A stretch of DNA of 26,533 nucleotides from a virus. Lineage: Duplodnaviria > Caudoviricetes. The notes below the pieces were generated by a model. The model made no database searches and had not been told where the DNA came from. It worked only from the letters and a program-made list of their open reading frames with translations. The stretch covers positions 1 through 26,533 of IMG/VR virus record IMGVR_UViG_3300027571_000063. One strand, written 5' to 3'. A program made the translations under genes and the position numbers. Positions 9,700-19,468 of this stretch are shown one piece after another (positions within the stretch are counted from its first letter, which is position 1; the number at the start of each line of letters is the position of its first letter).

Positions 9700-10109
9700 G
9701 CAGTAGAGAAAATATAGCCCAAGAGATATATGCGGCACTCAAGAGTATCCGCACTGTAAAACTTGGCGTTGTAAGTCGTGATCCAATTATCCCTGAGGAG
9801 TTGCCTAAAACAGGCTTCCCCGCAGTGAGCGTTGAATCAATGCGTGAAGAACGAGTTCGTATTGCTAACACCATGGGCGAAAGCATAATGGAAGTAGAAC
9901 TAGTTCTTTATGTTGCAGGTAAAAATCGTGATCAACAGCTCAATACAGTTATTGAGGGTATCGATAATAAATTGGCTGAAGATCGCACTTTAAATAAAAA
10001 TGCAAAAGACTTATTATTAACCAGAATAGAAGCAATACAAACAGGTGAAGCAGCACCATACGGTAGTATGAGATTGGTTTACACTGTGCGTTATTGCTAT
10101 ACCATGTAA
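9696..10109 (+). CDS. Tail terminator/completion protein
   Basis: SSRENIAQEIYAAL...FPAVSV...IDNKLAEDRTL pattern; directly upstream of the tube gene; ATGA overlap. Confidence 0.7.
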   Translation: MSSRENIAQEIYAALKSIRTVKLGVVSRDPIIPEELPKTGFPAVSVESMREERVRIANTMGESIMEVELVLYVAGKNRDQQLNTVIEGIDNKLAEDRTLNKNAKDLLLTRIEAIQTGEAAPYGSMRLVYTVRYCYTM

Positions 10110-10126
10110 CCATAGGAGTAATAATC

Positions 10127-10510
10127 ATGGCATGTACACAAGGTAGAAATGGTGTTCTAAAGGCGGATGACACAGCAATCGCGCAACTAACATCATATAC
10201 ACTAAACGAGTCAGTAGACACAATCGAATGCACAAACTTCGATTCACCAGCATATCGCGAATACTCAACAACTTTCAAAGCCTTCGATGGTAGTTTTGAT
10301 GTTGTTTGGGACCGTCAGGATGGCGATGTTGTTGTAGGCAACACCTACACAATGGACCTATATCCAGAAGGTGAAGGCTCAGGCGTATGGAAGATCAGTG
10401 GCGATATCATCGTTACTGCTCTAGAAATCACTGGTGCTACAGAAGAAAATGTTAGCGCATCAGTAACTTTCCAAGGCACTGGCGCTCTAACACGCAGCCA
10501 AACTGCTTAA
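10127..10510 (+). CDS. Major tail tube protein (127 aa)
   Basis: ATG 10127 after AGGAG. Pattern G.NGVLK...LTSYTLNES.DTIECT...SASVTFQGTGALT is typical of siphovirus tube proteins; codon bias like the MCP. Confidence 0.85.
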   Translation: MACTQGRNGVLKADDTAIAQLTSYTLNESVDTIECTNFDSPAYREYSTTFKAFDGSFDVVWDRQDGDVVVGNTYTMDLYPEGEGSGVWKISGDIIVTALEITGATEENVSASVTFQGTGALTRSQTA

Positions 10511-10526
10511 TCAGGAGTAAAGAGTC

Positions 10527-10820
10527 ATGGCCAGTACGCCAAAAGGAGTTATGAATGAACTTACTAGGGCTATTGGCCGTGACTTCTCTGCTACTAGTAG
10601 AGAATTTCATGCTAACCTAATATCTGCTACCCCTGGTAATACAGGCAGAGCCAGAGCAGGTTGGCAGCATACATACAGAGAGCAATTGTTTAAATCTCCA
10701 ACTTTCCAAATTGAACGAAACAATGTTCCATATATTGGTGTATTGGATACTGGTACTAGTAGCCAAGCACCCAGAGGCATAGTAATGCCGGCAGTAAACA
10801 AAACAAGGAATCTAAAATGA
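10527..10820 (+). CDS. HK97 gp10-like neck/tail completion protein
   Basis: TPGNTGRARAGW...NNVPYIGVLDTGTSSQAPRG matches the TPVDTG..R..W / N.v.Y...L..G.S.QAP.G family pattern. Confidence 0.75.
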   Translation: MASTPKGVMNELTRAIGRDFSATSREFHANLISATPGNTGRARAGWQHTYREQLFKSPTFQIERNNVPYIGVLDTGTSSQAPRGIVMPAVNKTRNLK

Positions 10821-11152
10821 GCGTAATCGACAACGCAAAATCACACTTCAAAGCAGCACTTGCACAAAATATGAAAAGTGTAGAAGTGCCTGAGTGGGAT
10901 ACAAAAATCTATTTCAAGCCCGTAGTAAGTTTTGCACAGGAGCAGAATGTTATTAAACTACACGCTGAAGGCAAGCAAGTGGAAGCACTTGTTGAAAGCC
11001 TAATCACTCGTGCAGTTGATGCAGATGGCAACCGTCTATTCAAGAGCGCAGACAAAGTAATATTAATGAACGAAGTTGATCCCAGTGTAATTCTTCGTGT
11101 TGTTAATAGTATGAATAGCCTGGATATTGAAGAGGCTGACCTGGGAAACTAA
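10817..11152 (+). CDS. Tail assembly chaperone (gpG-like)
   Basis: VEVPEW and DADGNRLF motifs; lies between tube and tape measure; ends at the slippery G GGA AAC. Confidence 0.85.
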   Translation: MSVIDNAKSHFKAALAQNMKSVEVPEWDTKIYFKPVVSFAQEQNVIKLHAEGKQVEALVESLITRAVDADGNRLFKSADKVILMNEVDPSVILRVVNSMNSLDIEEADLGN

Positions 11153-11307
11153 TCAAGGACAAGGAGATATTCTTCTTGTTCCAATTAGCAGAACAACTTC
11201 ATATGCCAGTCAGCGAGCTGATGGAAAAACTGAGTTCCGTCGAAATTCGTGCTTGGGCTAAATATTACGAACGCAAGGCTGAATTAGCCAAAAGGAAACA
11301 ACGCTGA
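11143..11307 (+). CDS. -1 frameshift extension of the tail chaperone (gpGT-like), absent from the ORF track
   Basis: G GGA AAC at 11143-11149; the -1 frame reads KLIKDKEIFFLFQLAEQLHMPVSELMEKLSSVEIRAWAKYYERKAELAKRKQR* and its TGA overlaps the TMP ATG. Confidence 0.85.
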   Translation, partial: GKLIKDKEIFFLFQLAEQLHMPVSELMEKLSSVEIRAWAKYYERKAELAKRKQR

Positions 11308-14255
11308 TGGCAATCAATTATGATATTAATATTATTGCTAAGGACAACGCAAGTCGTGTCCTTAGCAGAGTAGAACAAAATCTCAATAAAATCGGAAGTT
11401 CCCCAGGAGCAACTAACGCTGCCACCGGGCTTACTTCTATAACAAGAATTGCAGGTCCGGCCGCGTTAGCTGTTACTGCCGTTGCAACTGCTATGACAGC
11501 AGTATCTAAATCTGCTATAGATGCTACTAAACAATTTGAAAATTATCGCAATAGATTAAGTCTTGTTACTAACTCAAGCACTGAATTAGCATCAACAATG
11601 ACTAGACTGCAAGGATTGGCAGTGCAAAACCGTACAAGTTTTGCAGATACCGTTGATCTATATAGTAAATTAAGTTCAGCGACTGAAAATCTAGGTTATA
11701 GCACTGCACAAGTTGAAGAATTAACAACTAAAATGTCACAGGCATTAGCAGTTGCTGGTGCAGATGCTGGAACAGCTAGTGGCGTTATCCGTCAATTTGG
11801 ACAAGCTATGAATAGTGGTGTTGTTCGTGGTGATGAATTTAACAGTATTGTTGAAGGCTTGGGACAAGCACTTGTTATTATGGCTCGTGAGAGTGGCCGA
11901 ACTGTAGGTGAATTACGCGCCTTGGCCGCTGATGGCAAATTAAGTTCACAAGCATTCGCTGAAATGCTATTGAATTCAACTGCATTGGGAGAATCTTTCC
12001 AGAAAATGCAACCAACAATTAGCGACTTAGAACAAGCATCAAGTGATGCGTTTGGTCGTATGATGGTTCGCATTGGTGAGTTATCTGGTGTTACAGAAAC
12101 ATATAGATTTGTTCTAAGAAGTTTACCAGAACTGTTTGATAAGGTAGCTGTTTCACTTACACCACAAGAACAAGCATTGGCTGAAATTACAAAACTTCAA
12201 GCCGAATTAACTCGTTTAACAGAACAACAAGCAGCAGGACAAACCACAGTAGAAAATGGTCACCTCCGTCAAGTAGGATTCCTGCAAAATCAACAGCGTT
12301 TAATGGATAACCTTGTGTTTTTGGAAGAAATGCGAGCAAGATATCAAGCAGAAGGTAATGCTGAGGGTGTAGAATACTATAATCAACAGATTATGATATT
12401 ACAAGGTAATCTTAATGATCTTAATTCTACTATTAAATCCAACGGGCAAACAACAGAATCTGTTATAGCAGCAACACAGTCTAAGATTGATGGTTATCGC
12501 GAAGCATATTTTATGCTTGAAGCCGCAGCACGCCGTGCATCACAGAATGATGAATTCGTAAGAGCGACTCAAGAAGCAGCAAATGCAGCAACCGCAGCAG
12601 AGCGTCAATTAACCGAGGCTCGTACAGCAGCACAGACAGCAGCACAAAAAGTTATAGAAGCAAATTCTGGATTATTGAATAGTGAAAACGCAAATACACA
12701 AGCAATATTGGCGAATGCAGCAGCATATGAAGCAGTTAAAGCATCATTAGCAGATAGAGGAAATCTAACCGAACAGCAAGTATTAGCATTAGAAGATCTT
12801 AAACTGTCACTGTATGATACCGGTGAGCAGTTGATGAAATTTGGCGAGCATTATACACTATTATCAAGTGTAACAACTGGTATAAGCGATGCTATTAATA
12901 GAAATAGAAGTGAATTTGAAGCATTAACGGCTGTTCAAGCACAACTTAGAACACAAATACAAAGCAATGTATTTGATAATGAAATTCTTCGTGCAGAGAT
13001 GGCAGCAGTATCAGCTGCAATCGCTGATAACCGTAATGAATATAGTCAGTTAACTGGTACAATTCAAGATACAGGTGGCAATTTAAGTCAATTCGAACAA
13101 TATTATAGACAATTGCTTGAAACAGCAGGTCAAGCAGTTACTTCACAAACTAACATGAGCTTGGCTGTTAACCGTCTAAGTGCAGATTTGGCTGCTGGCA
13201 TTATTAACCTAGATCAATATGCTGCGGCTATGGCAAGTCTAAACGCAGTAAGCACCCCAACCAGACTGGAAGCATTGCAGGGTCGTTTGGCTGCGATGCG
13301 TGAAGAAGCGGCAATGAATCCAATACTCATCGGTCAATTAAAAGAATTGGGCGAAGTTAGCAATAAGGAGTTAATTGCACTTGGTTTAATGGAACCTGCA
13401 AGACGGGCTAGCACAGCGGCAAAGCGTGAAGAATTAAGTGCAAGTGAACAACTTGCAAAACAACTTGGTGAAGAACGCCTTCGCTGGGAAAACCTAAATG
13501 CTACACTAAGCGATACCAGTGCAATTGAAGCACTTGCTAAGAAATATGGCGTAAGTGCTGATATTATTAGTCGTCAACTAACCAAAGCAAGAGATTCAAT
13601 TGATACTTTCCAGACTTCAACTATTACTGCAAGTGGTATTATTAAGTCTACATGGGAAGAAATGAGCAAGAGTATGGCAAGTGGTATCGCACAGGGTATT
13701 ATGGCAGGCAAAGGTGCATTTAATAGTTTTGCAGACTTCCTAAAAGACTTTGCTAACCGTGTGCTAACACAGATACTTGAAAAAATGCTTATCCAACCAA
13801 TGATTGACCAGATGAGCAACATGTTTATGGGAACAAACATTCAGGTTCCAACACTAGGTCAACAAATGGGTGGCGGCGGCGGCCTACTTGGTGGATTGTT
13901 TGGCGGTGGCGCTGGCGGCGGCGGTGGATTGTTTGGCGGCATTGGCAACTTCTTCAGTGGACTATGGGGCGGTATCAGCAACTTCTTTGGTGGATTGTTT
14001 GGCGGCTTCTTTGCTAGCGGTGGTTATTTGCCGTCAAACAAACTAGGTGTTGTTGGTGAAGCAGGTCCAGAACTTATTACTGGTCCAGCAAATATTACAC
14101 CAATGGGTGAAGGTGGCGGCGCACTAGTAGTTAACTTTAACATAAATGCAATTGACCCTAGCACAGGTACACAGTTTATTCTAGAGCATAAACAAGACAT
14201 CGAAGGCGTTATCCAGAACGCATATAACAGACGCGGTAAGGCAGGAATTTACTAA
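11307..14255 (+). CDS. Tail tape measure protein
   Basis: 982 aa, Ala-rich helical. N-terminal tape-measure motif QFGQAMNSGVVRGDEFNSI; C-terminal FASGG...VGEAGPELI. Confidence 0.95.
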   Translation: MAINYDINIIAKDNASRVLSRVEQNLNKIGSSPGATNAATGLTSITRIAGPAALAVTAVATAMTAVSKSAIDATKQFENYRNRLSLVTNSSTELASTMTRLQGLAVQNRTSFADTVDLYSKLSSATENLGYSTAQVEELTTKMSQALAVAGADAGTASGVIRQFGQAMNSGVVRGDEFNSIVEGLGQALVIMARESGRTVGELRALAADGKLSSQAFAEMLLNSTALGESFQKMQPTISDLEQASSDAFGRMMVRIGELSGVTETYRFVLRSLPELFDKVAVSLTPQEQALAEITKLQAELTRLTEQQAAGQTTVENGHLRQVGFLQNQQRLMDNLVFLEEMRARYQAEGNAEGVEYYNQQIMILQGNLNDLNSTIKSNGQTTESVIAATQSKIDGYREAYFMLEAAARRASQNDEFVRATQEAANAATAAERQLTEARTAAQTAAQKVIEANSGLLNSENANTQAILANAAAYEAVKASLADRGNLTEQQVLALEDLKLSLYDTGEQLMKFGEHYTLLSSVTTGISDAINRNRSEFEALTAVQAQLRTQIQSNVFDNEILRAEMAAVSAAIADNRNEYSQLTGTIQDTGGNLSQFEQYYRQLLETAGQAVTSQTNMSLAVNRLSADLAAGIINLDQYAAAMASLNAVSTPTRLEALQGRLAAMREEAAMNPILIGQLKELGEVSNKELIALGLMEPARRASTAAKREELSASEQLAKQLGEERLRWENLNATLSDTSAIEALAKKYGVSADIISRQLTKARDSIDTFQTSTITASGIIKSTWEEMSKSMASGIAQGIMAGKGAFNSFADFLKDFANRVLTQILEKMLIQPMIDQMSNMFMGTNIQVPTLGQQMGGGGGLLGGLFGGGAGGGGGLFGGIGNFFSGLWGGISNFFGGLFGGFFASGGYLPSNKLGVVGEAGPELITGPANITPMGEGGGALVVNFNINAIDPSTGTQFILEHKQDIEGVIQNAYNRRGKAGIY

Positions 14256-16525
14256 TGAAATCAATATTCACATATCCAAATAATGCGGGTACGCATTATA
14301 TTAATCCAAACTATGTAGGTGACGCTAGTGTTGGATTTCAAAAACGCATACAAGATGTAATTGATGGAAATATTGTTAACTGGAGCGGATTCACACCCCC
14401 AGTTAATGATGTTGACACAATTATGGAAAACATCAGTAAATTTAACCAATTTTATGATGAAGCAGGTCGTCCAGGTATTGGCTTGTACGATTTCTGCGAG
14501 TGGCCGCTTACTGTTGCTGAAGTTAATTACCTAGGTCATCTGATGGATATTACTGAAAGTGGCGGTGTTTACACTGTTACTATAGATGATACCAGTAGCT
14601 TTAGCGATAGTGAAGAAGTTAAAATGTTTAATACTACAGGTGGGTTATCCTGGCCAAAACCTGTATATATTGATGTTATTTCTGGCACACAGATTGGACT
14701 ATACAATGACAGTGGATTAACTGATCCACTACTAACTGGTGAAGGCACTGTAATTTATAGCAGCAACATATTCTTTATTAAAAATGGCACTGGTGTTAAA
14801 GCATACACATATACTTCAAATGATTTTGAGGATGGTGACAGTTTTAGACTAAGTCACAACTTTACTGAAGTAGGTGACACTGGAACACTTAATGACATCA
14901 ACACTGACTTCTATGTAAATGGTAGCACAGGTACTGAATTTGAAATCTACACTGATCCTGGTTATAGTACACCAGCAACACTGGATGAAACATATTATGC
15001 AAGTGCTGTAACACCATATCCTTCAATTATTGCACCAAATACAACATTTGATGTTTGGTCAACCAATTCAACTATTTTAACTCGTGTAGTCAATGACTTT
15101 TTAGCAGGTATTGGACCAACACCAGTTCGTGCATGGGTAAGCAGTGTTGGTGGCGGTGGTATCTGGAGTAGCACTGATGGATTAACTACAAGTCTAAGTA
15201 CATCACCATTGTTTTGGGCAAAGTATGAAACAGATACACCAGCAGGTGCACCTGGCAGTACGCCTAGAGCGCAGTTGTATGTTGATCGTGCTTGCACAAA
15301 CAGAGTTCAAATTACTGTTGACCAATATTCACAAGCAAATATTACAATAAACACAATTAACCCAGCACGAATGTCTCCTGCAGGCTTTGCATACACTGCA
15401 TTGGGTGCATTTATTCTTGGCGGTGATTATAGTGTTGTAAAAATAGGTCAGTGGAACAGTAGTATAGAACAACCCTACTGCACTGTGACAAATATTGACC
15501 TACTAATTCCAAGCAATAAGCAATTTACATATCAGAATAGTGGTGGCAGTTATGTATATGGTGCGGGACTGGGCGACTATTGTTATTTGCCAGGTGCTAC
15601 AGGTTTAACTATTCTTAATACATTGTTAAAAGATAGTGATCCACTAAACCGTCCAGATCTAACATTCAATAAAAATGCTGGAAACAATGGTATTGCTAGT
15701 ATTACTATAAATGATGGCGGTTTGTTTGTATATCCAAACAGTGTTAAAATTAATATTGATCCACTACCAAGCGAATATGTGCCACCTGCACCAACACCAG
15801 CAGATATTGCCGGTTGGGAAGATGACTTTGATCTAAATGCACAATGGGATACAACCAGTGATTATAGCGCAGGTAAAACATGGCCACTAATTCCATATAA
15901 GAGTATCAAGGTTAAAATGAACCAGCCAAGTGTTAAAACTATGAGCCAAAGCGGAATCAAGTATATACGGAGTGGCGGTTATGCTCGCTGGAATATGGAG
16001 GTTGAATATCCACCACTAACTGAAGAACAGTTTAATGAAATATTAACTGCAAGTCACTTGGCAAGAGGACAGGCTGCCGTTTTTGAGTTCTTCTTTAAAG
16101 ATTTTTATAATGAACCATCAAATTGGTGGGAATGGCGCCACTGGCAACCAAAAACAGGTTATGATGGTGTTAGCACAGTAAGCCCAACAATTCAACGCTG
16201 GGTTGATGAAAGAACAGTTCTACTTGAAGGTTATACCAGTAATGAAAGTAATCCAATTCCGGAAGGACAATTAATTGGTGTAGGCATCAGCAGAAATGGT
16301 GGGGTTGCACTAGCAGTAAATAGCAATGATGCCAATGTTTATGGTGAATTAGCAGTTCGTGTTGCTTACAATGATTTTAGATACAAAGGTAACCCAGGTG
16401 ATCAGATCTGGAGCACACCAGATAGAATTACTGTAAGTTTAGGCAGTGATGAACTCAACTATACTCTTGGCGCAGATGGTTACTACTATGTAACTGTAAG
16501 TTTTGATTTGGACTTTTGGAAATGA
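14255..16525 (+). CDS. Distal tail (Dit-like) protein with a ~540-aa N-terminal extension
   Basis: First gene after TMP. The C-terminal ~215 aa (SQSGIKYIR...RWNMEVEYPPLT...ARGQAAVFEF) resemble Dit proteins; a beta-rich N-terminal region is joined by a Pro-rich linker. Confidence 0.65.
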   Translation: MKSIFTYPNNAGTHYINPNYVGDASVGFQKRIQDVIDGNIVNWSGFTPPVNDVDTIMENISKFNQFYDEAGRPGIGLYDFCEWPLTVAEVNYLGHLMDITESGGVYTVTIDDTSSFSDSEEVKMFNTTGGLSWPKPVYIDVISGTQIGLYNDSGLTDPLLTGEGTVIYSSNIFFIKNGTGVKAYTYTSNDFEDGDSFRLSHNFTEVGDTGTLNDINTDFYVNGSTGTEFEIYTDPGYSTPATLDETYYASAVTPYPSIIAPNTTFDVWSTNSTILTRVVNDFLAGIGPTPVRAWVSSVGGGGIWSSTDGLTTSLSTSPLFWAKYETDTPAGAPGSTPRAQLYVDRACTNRVQITVDQYSQANITINTINPARMSPAGFAYTALGAFILGGDYSVVKIGQWNSSIEQPYCTVTNIDLLIPSNKQFTYQNSGGSYVYGAGLGDYCYLPGATGLTILNTLLKDSDPLNRPDLTFNKNAGNNGIASITINDGGLFVYPNSVKINIDPLPSEYVPPAPTPADIAGWEDDFDLNAQWDTTSDYSAGKTWPLIPYKSIKVKMNQPSVKTMSQSGIKYIRSGGYARWNMEVEYPPLTEEQFNEILTASHLARGQAAVFEFFFKDFYNEPSNWWEWRHWQPKTGYDGVSTVSPTIQRWVDERTVLLEGYTSNESNPIPEGQLIGVGISRNGGVALAVNSNDANVYGELAVRVAYNDFRYKGNPGDQIWSTPDRITVSLGSDELNYTLGADGYYYVTVSFDLDFWK

Positions 16526-17100
16526 CATCAAGATATATGACCCCCAGTCTTGTTACTGAGACCGAAAAAGCTGTTGTCCAGTATTATGAACTAGTAGCCA
16601 TCCGTGCAGGTGTTGGCTACTACATTACCAACGCACCATGGGATATTAGTTATGGCGGGTACACCTACATCAGTGCTGGCGCATTATTGAGTATTGACAG
16701 TGTGCAGGAAAATATTGGATTTGAAATTGAAAAATTAAGTATTACAATTGCTGGTATTGATCCGCTACCAGGCGACAGTGATCCTTTTATTAAAACTATA
16801 TTAGGAATTGATTATGTAGATAAACCTGTGATTATACATCGTGCCTATTATAACCACGATGTATATGTTAATAGTGTTGAAGTATACAATGGATATATTA
16901 ATAAAGCAGGTGTAACCAATGGACTTGGTGAATCTGGCGCAGCGGTAAGAATTGAAACAAGTAATAACTGGACTGACTTCAGCAAAATCAGTGCTAGATA
17001 TACCAATGATACCAGTCAACAAAATCTGTTTCCAGGTGATTTGGGTTTTGAATACGCAGTAGAGGTGCAAAAATCCGTGGAATGGAAGGAACCTGAATAA
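16522..17100 (+). CDS. Baseplate hub/minor tail protein (DUF2163/gpL-like)
   Basis: ITNAPWDISYGGYTY...RYTNDTSQQNLFPGDLGFEY pattern; ATGA overlap with the upstream gene. Confidence 0.75.
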   Translation: MTSRYMTPSLVTETEKAVVQYYELVAIRAGVGYYITNAPWDISYGGYTYISAGALLSIDSVQENIGFEIEKLSITIAGIDPLPGDSDPFIKTILGIDYVDKPVIIHRAYYNHDVYVNSVEVYNGYINKAGVTNGLGESGAAVRIETSNNWTDFSKISARYTNDTSQQNLFPGDLGFEYAVEVQKSVEWKEPE

Positions 17101-17495
17101 TGACAAATGATGAAAAATTAAAATTTGCGCAATTTATTAGCCGTTATGCGCACCACAGTTATGAATGGGGACGCCATGATTGTATGCTATTCCCTGTTAA
17201 CTGGCACGATGCACGATACGGTACAACTAAAACAGCCAGTATTCAGCACAAATACAGCAATAGAATACAAGCAATTAAATTCTACAAAAACTTTATCAGC
17301 GTCACTGGTTGGCTTGCTGGCAATGGTTATAATGAAGTACAAGATCTACAAGACGGCGATTATGTTGTTAGTGGTATCGCACAATGGCCACAAGTATATG
17401 TTGCACTAGGTGGTGTACTGTATATGATGTGTGAAGATGGTTTGCGTGGATTTAGTTCTGGCGCTATCGATATTAAATCAATCTGGAGACGCTAA
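17100..17495 (+). CDS. NlpC/P60-like tail-associated protein (gpK position)
   Basis: YEWGRHDCMLF motif and later QDGDYVV; lies between hub and tip genes. Confidence 0.75.
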   Translation: MTNDEKLKFAQFISRYAHHSYEWGRHDCMLFPVNWHDARYGTTKTASIQHKYSNRIQAIKFYKNFISVTGWLAGNGYNEVQDLQDGDYVVSGIAQWPQVYVALGGVLYMMCEDGLRGFSSGAIDIKSIWRR

Positions 17496-18968
17496 ATGCC
17501 ATTTCTAGCACCTATTTTAAGTTCAGCAGTAGGTAGTTTCTTAGTAAGATTAGCTATTACATATGTAATTGGCCGCATCCAACAGAATGCTATGGAAAAG
17601 AAGATGGAAGCCATGCAAAAGCGTGCTGGCGCTGTCATGGTTAATACTGCAAGTAACAGCGAACCTCTTAATTTAATCTATGGCCGGTCTCGTGTTGGTG
17701 GTAATAGAACATATACTGAAACAACCAATGGTGCTGGTGATATCAAAGGCACACAATACCTAAACATGGTCCTGTCAATGGGCGAAGGCGAACTTGGTGA
17801 TATAAGACAACTTTGGTTTGATGACAAACTTGTATGGGATGTTGCCGCCGGCGGCACTACTACTAGTGCTGGCAATGGCATTAGACTACAGACATTCCGT
17901 AGCGATGGATTACCTGCTGAAGGTACAGAAACACCTTTTGCTGGTGCATTGAATGATGCTGACACTTACATCATATACCATAGTGGCAGCGACAGTCAGG
18001 CTTATGATACTGTATTAAGGGACAGTGTTGGTGCCAGCAATTGGACCAGCAACCACCGCTTGCGTGGTGTTGCATATATAACACTAAAATTAAAAGCAAG
18101 TGCAGGTTCATATAAAGGTGGCTTGCCACTGATTACTGCGGTTGTCAATGGTAAAAATATTCAGAATGTCAGCACTATCAGCAGTGGACAAACTACACGG
18201 AGTTTCAATACTGTAGGCAATGATCAAAATCCAGTTGATGTGCTTTACGACATATTGGTGAGTAAGCGTTATGGTAAAGGTTTAGATCATGACGGCAGTG
18301 GAAACTATAGTGCTGGATTGCATATTGATTTAGATAGTTTTAAAGCTGCAAGAACTAAAGTTAACGGTTATTTTAAGATCAATGGTGTATTAGGCACTGG
18401 TACAGCCGTATACAACAATGTTGGTGAGATACTTGAGAGTATGAATGGCATCCTAGTATTCCAAAATGGTCGCTATAGACTACGCATTAAACAGCAAAAT
18501 GAAACCAGCGTTAAAACATTTACATACGATGAAATACTGAGTCCAATCAGCATAGATCTACCAGCAAAAGAAAACAAATACAACAAGATGACCGCGGTAT
18601 TCCGCAATAAGGGCAGTGATCACAACTATAATGATGATATTGTTATTAGTGATAATGGCACTTATAGAAATGAAGACAACGGCGTCACACTGGAAGGACA
18701 GATACGACTTGACTTGGTTGATGATCCTGTTTTAGTGCAAAGTATCAGTGACTTCCAGATGAACGAAAGCCGTTATCAGATGGTTATTAAATTTGATGCA
18801 CCACACACTGCACTTAAAGTAGAATGCGGCGATATTATTGGTGTGCAAGATACTAATTTTGGCTGGGATACACCAAAACTATTCCGTGTAGCCCAAATGG
18901 AACTAACCCAGGAAAATACTATAAATATTACTGGTATTGAATACAACAGTTCAATCCAATTAGTATGA
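17496..18968 (+). CDS. Tail tip/central hub protein (gpJ-like, short, 490 aa)
   Basis: PLNLIYGRSRVGG, HRLRGVAY, NPVDVLYDIL..KRYGKG and VECGDII...FRV motifs. Confidence 0.85.
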   Translation: MPFLAPILSSAVGSFLVRLAITYVIGRIQQNAMEKKMEAMQKRAGAVMVNTASNSEPLNLIYGRSRVGGNRTYTETTNGAGDIKGTQYLNMVLSMGEGELGDIRQLWFDDKLVWDVAAGGTTTSAGNGIRLQTFRSDGLPAEGTETPFAGALNDADTYIIYHSGSDSQAYDTVLRDSVGASNWTSNHRLRGVAYITLKLKASAGSYKGGLPLITAVVNGKNIQNVSTISSGQTTRSFNTVGNDQNPVDVLYDILVSKRYGKGLDHDGSGNYSAGLHIDLDSFKAARTKVNGYFKINGVLGTGTAVYNNVGEILESMNGILVFQNGRYRLRIKQQNETSVKTFTYDEILSPISIDLPAKENKYNKMTAVFRNKGSDHNYNDDIVISDNGTYRNEDNGVTLEGQIRLDLVDDPVLVQSISDFQMNESRYQMVIKFDAPHTALKVECGDIIGVQDTNFGWDTPKLFRVAQMELTQENTINITGIEYNSSIQLV

Positions 18969-18975
18969 GGAAACT

Positions 18976-19452
18976 ATGACCCAGACCCCCGATAGTATTA
19001 GAGCAAAAGTTAACTGGAAATTAAAAACATACAGTACTGGATACCGTACTGATCATGTAGCCGTTATATGGCTACTTTCATATACACCAAAAGTTTTGCC
19101 CAATGGTGAATACACTGGAATGATTATGGATCATTCACTAAAGCGTAATGTTGTAGTGTTTAGTATGGATCCTGACGATATAGATTTCTATAATGATTAT
19201 ACTATTATCTGGATTAACCCTGAACTACTAGTTAAGACAGATGGGGTTAAACTGAATGTTGGACGCAAGGCCAGCAACAAAGCACGACTAACTGATGTGC
19301 TGGATGATTTTGAAAGAGTTATAGGTTTACCTGACCTCAGTGACAATAAACGAGCAAAAATGTTAAATGTCAGTGAAACAAAATTTAAGAGTTGGTGTAC
19401 GCAATATAATGAATTGTTTCCAGAAAAACTTCTTGACAGGGAACTTCACTGA
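18976..19452 (+). CDS. Hypothetical protein (158 aa)
   Basis: GAGG RBS; exact TATAAATA at 18920-18927 upstream; no recognised family. Confidence 0.7.
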   Translation: MTQTPDSIRAKVNWKLKTYSTGYRTDHVAVIWLLSYTPKVLPNGEYTGMIMDHSLKRNVVVFSMDPDDIDFYNDYTIIWINPELLVKTDGVKLNVGRKASNKARLTDVLDDFERVIGLPDLSDNKRAKMLNVSETKFKSWCTQYNELFPEKLLDRELH

Positions 19453-19463
19453 TACTATAAATA
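19433..19463 (+). promoter_or_regulatory. Sigma70-type promoter whose -10 is an exact TATAAATA
   Basis: TTGACA(19433)-17 nt-TATAAATA(19456). Confidence 0.75.
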
Positions 19464-19468
19464 ATATT

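Noticed and set aside
13860-14020. GGC/GGT-rich repeats
   Set aside because: They encode the ordinary Gly/Phe-rich C-terminal region of the tape measure protein
5987-16323. Intragenic TAAATA at about 5987, 9991 and 16317 as late promoters
   Set aside because: They are 130-300 nt from the next start and expected by chance, so they are not counted as evidence
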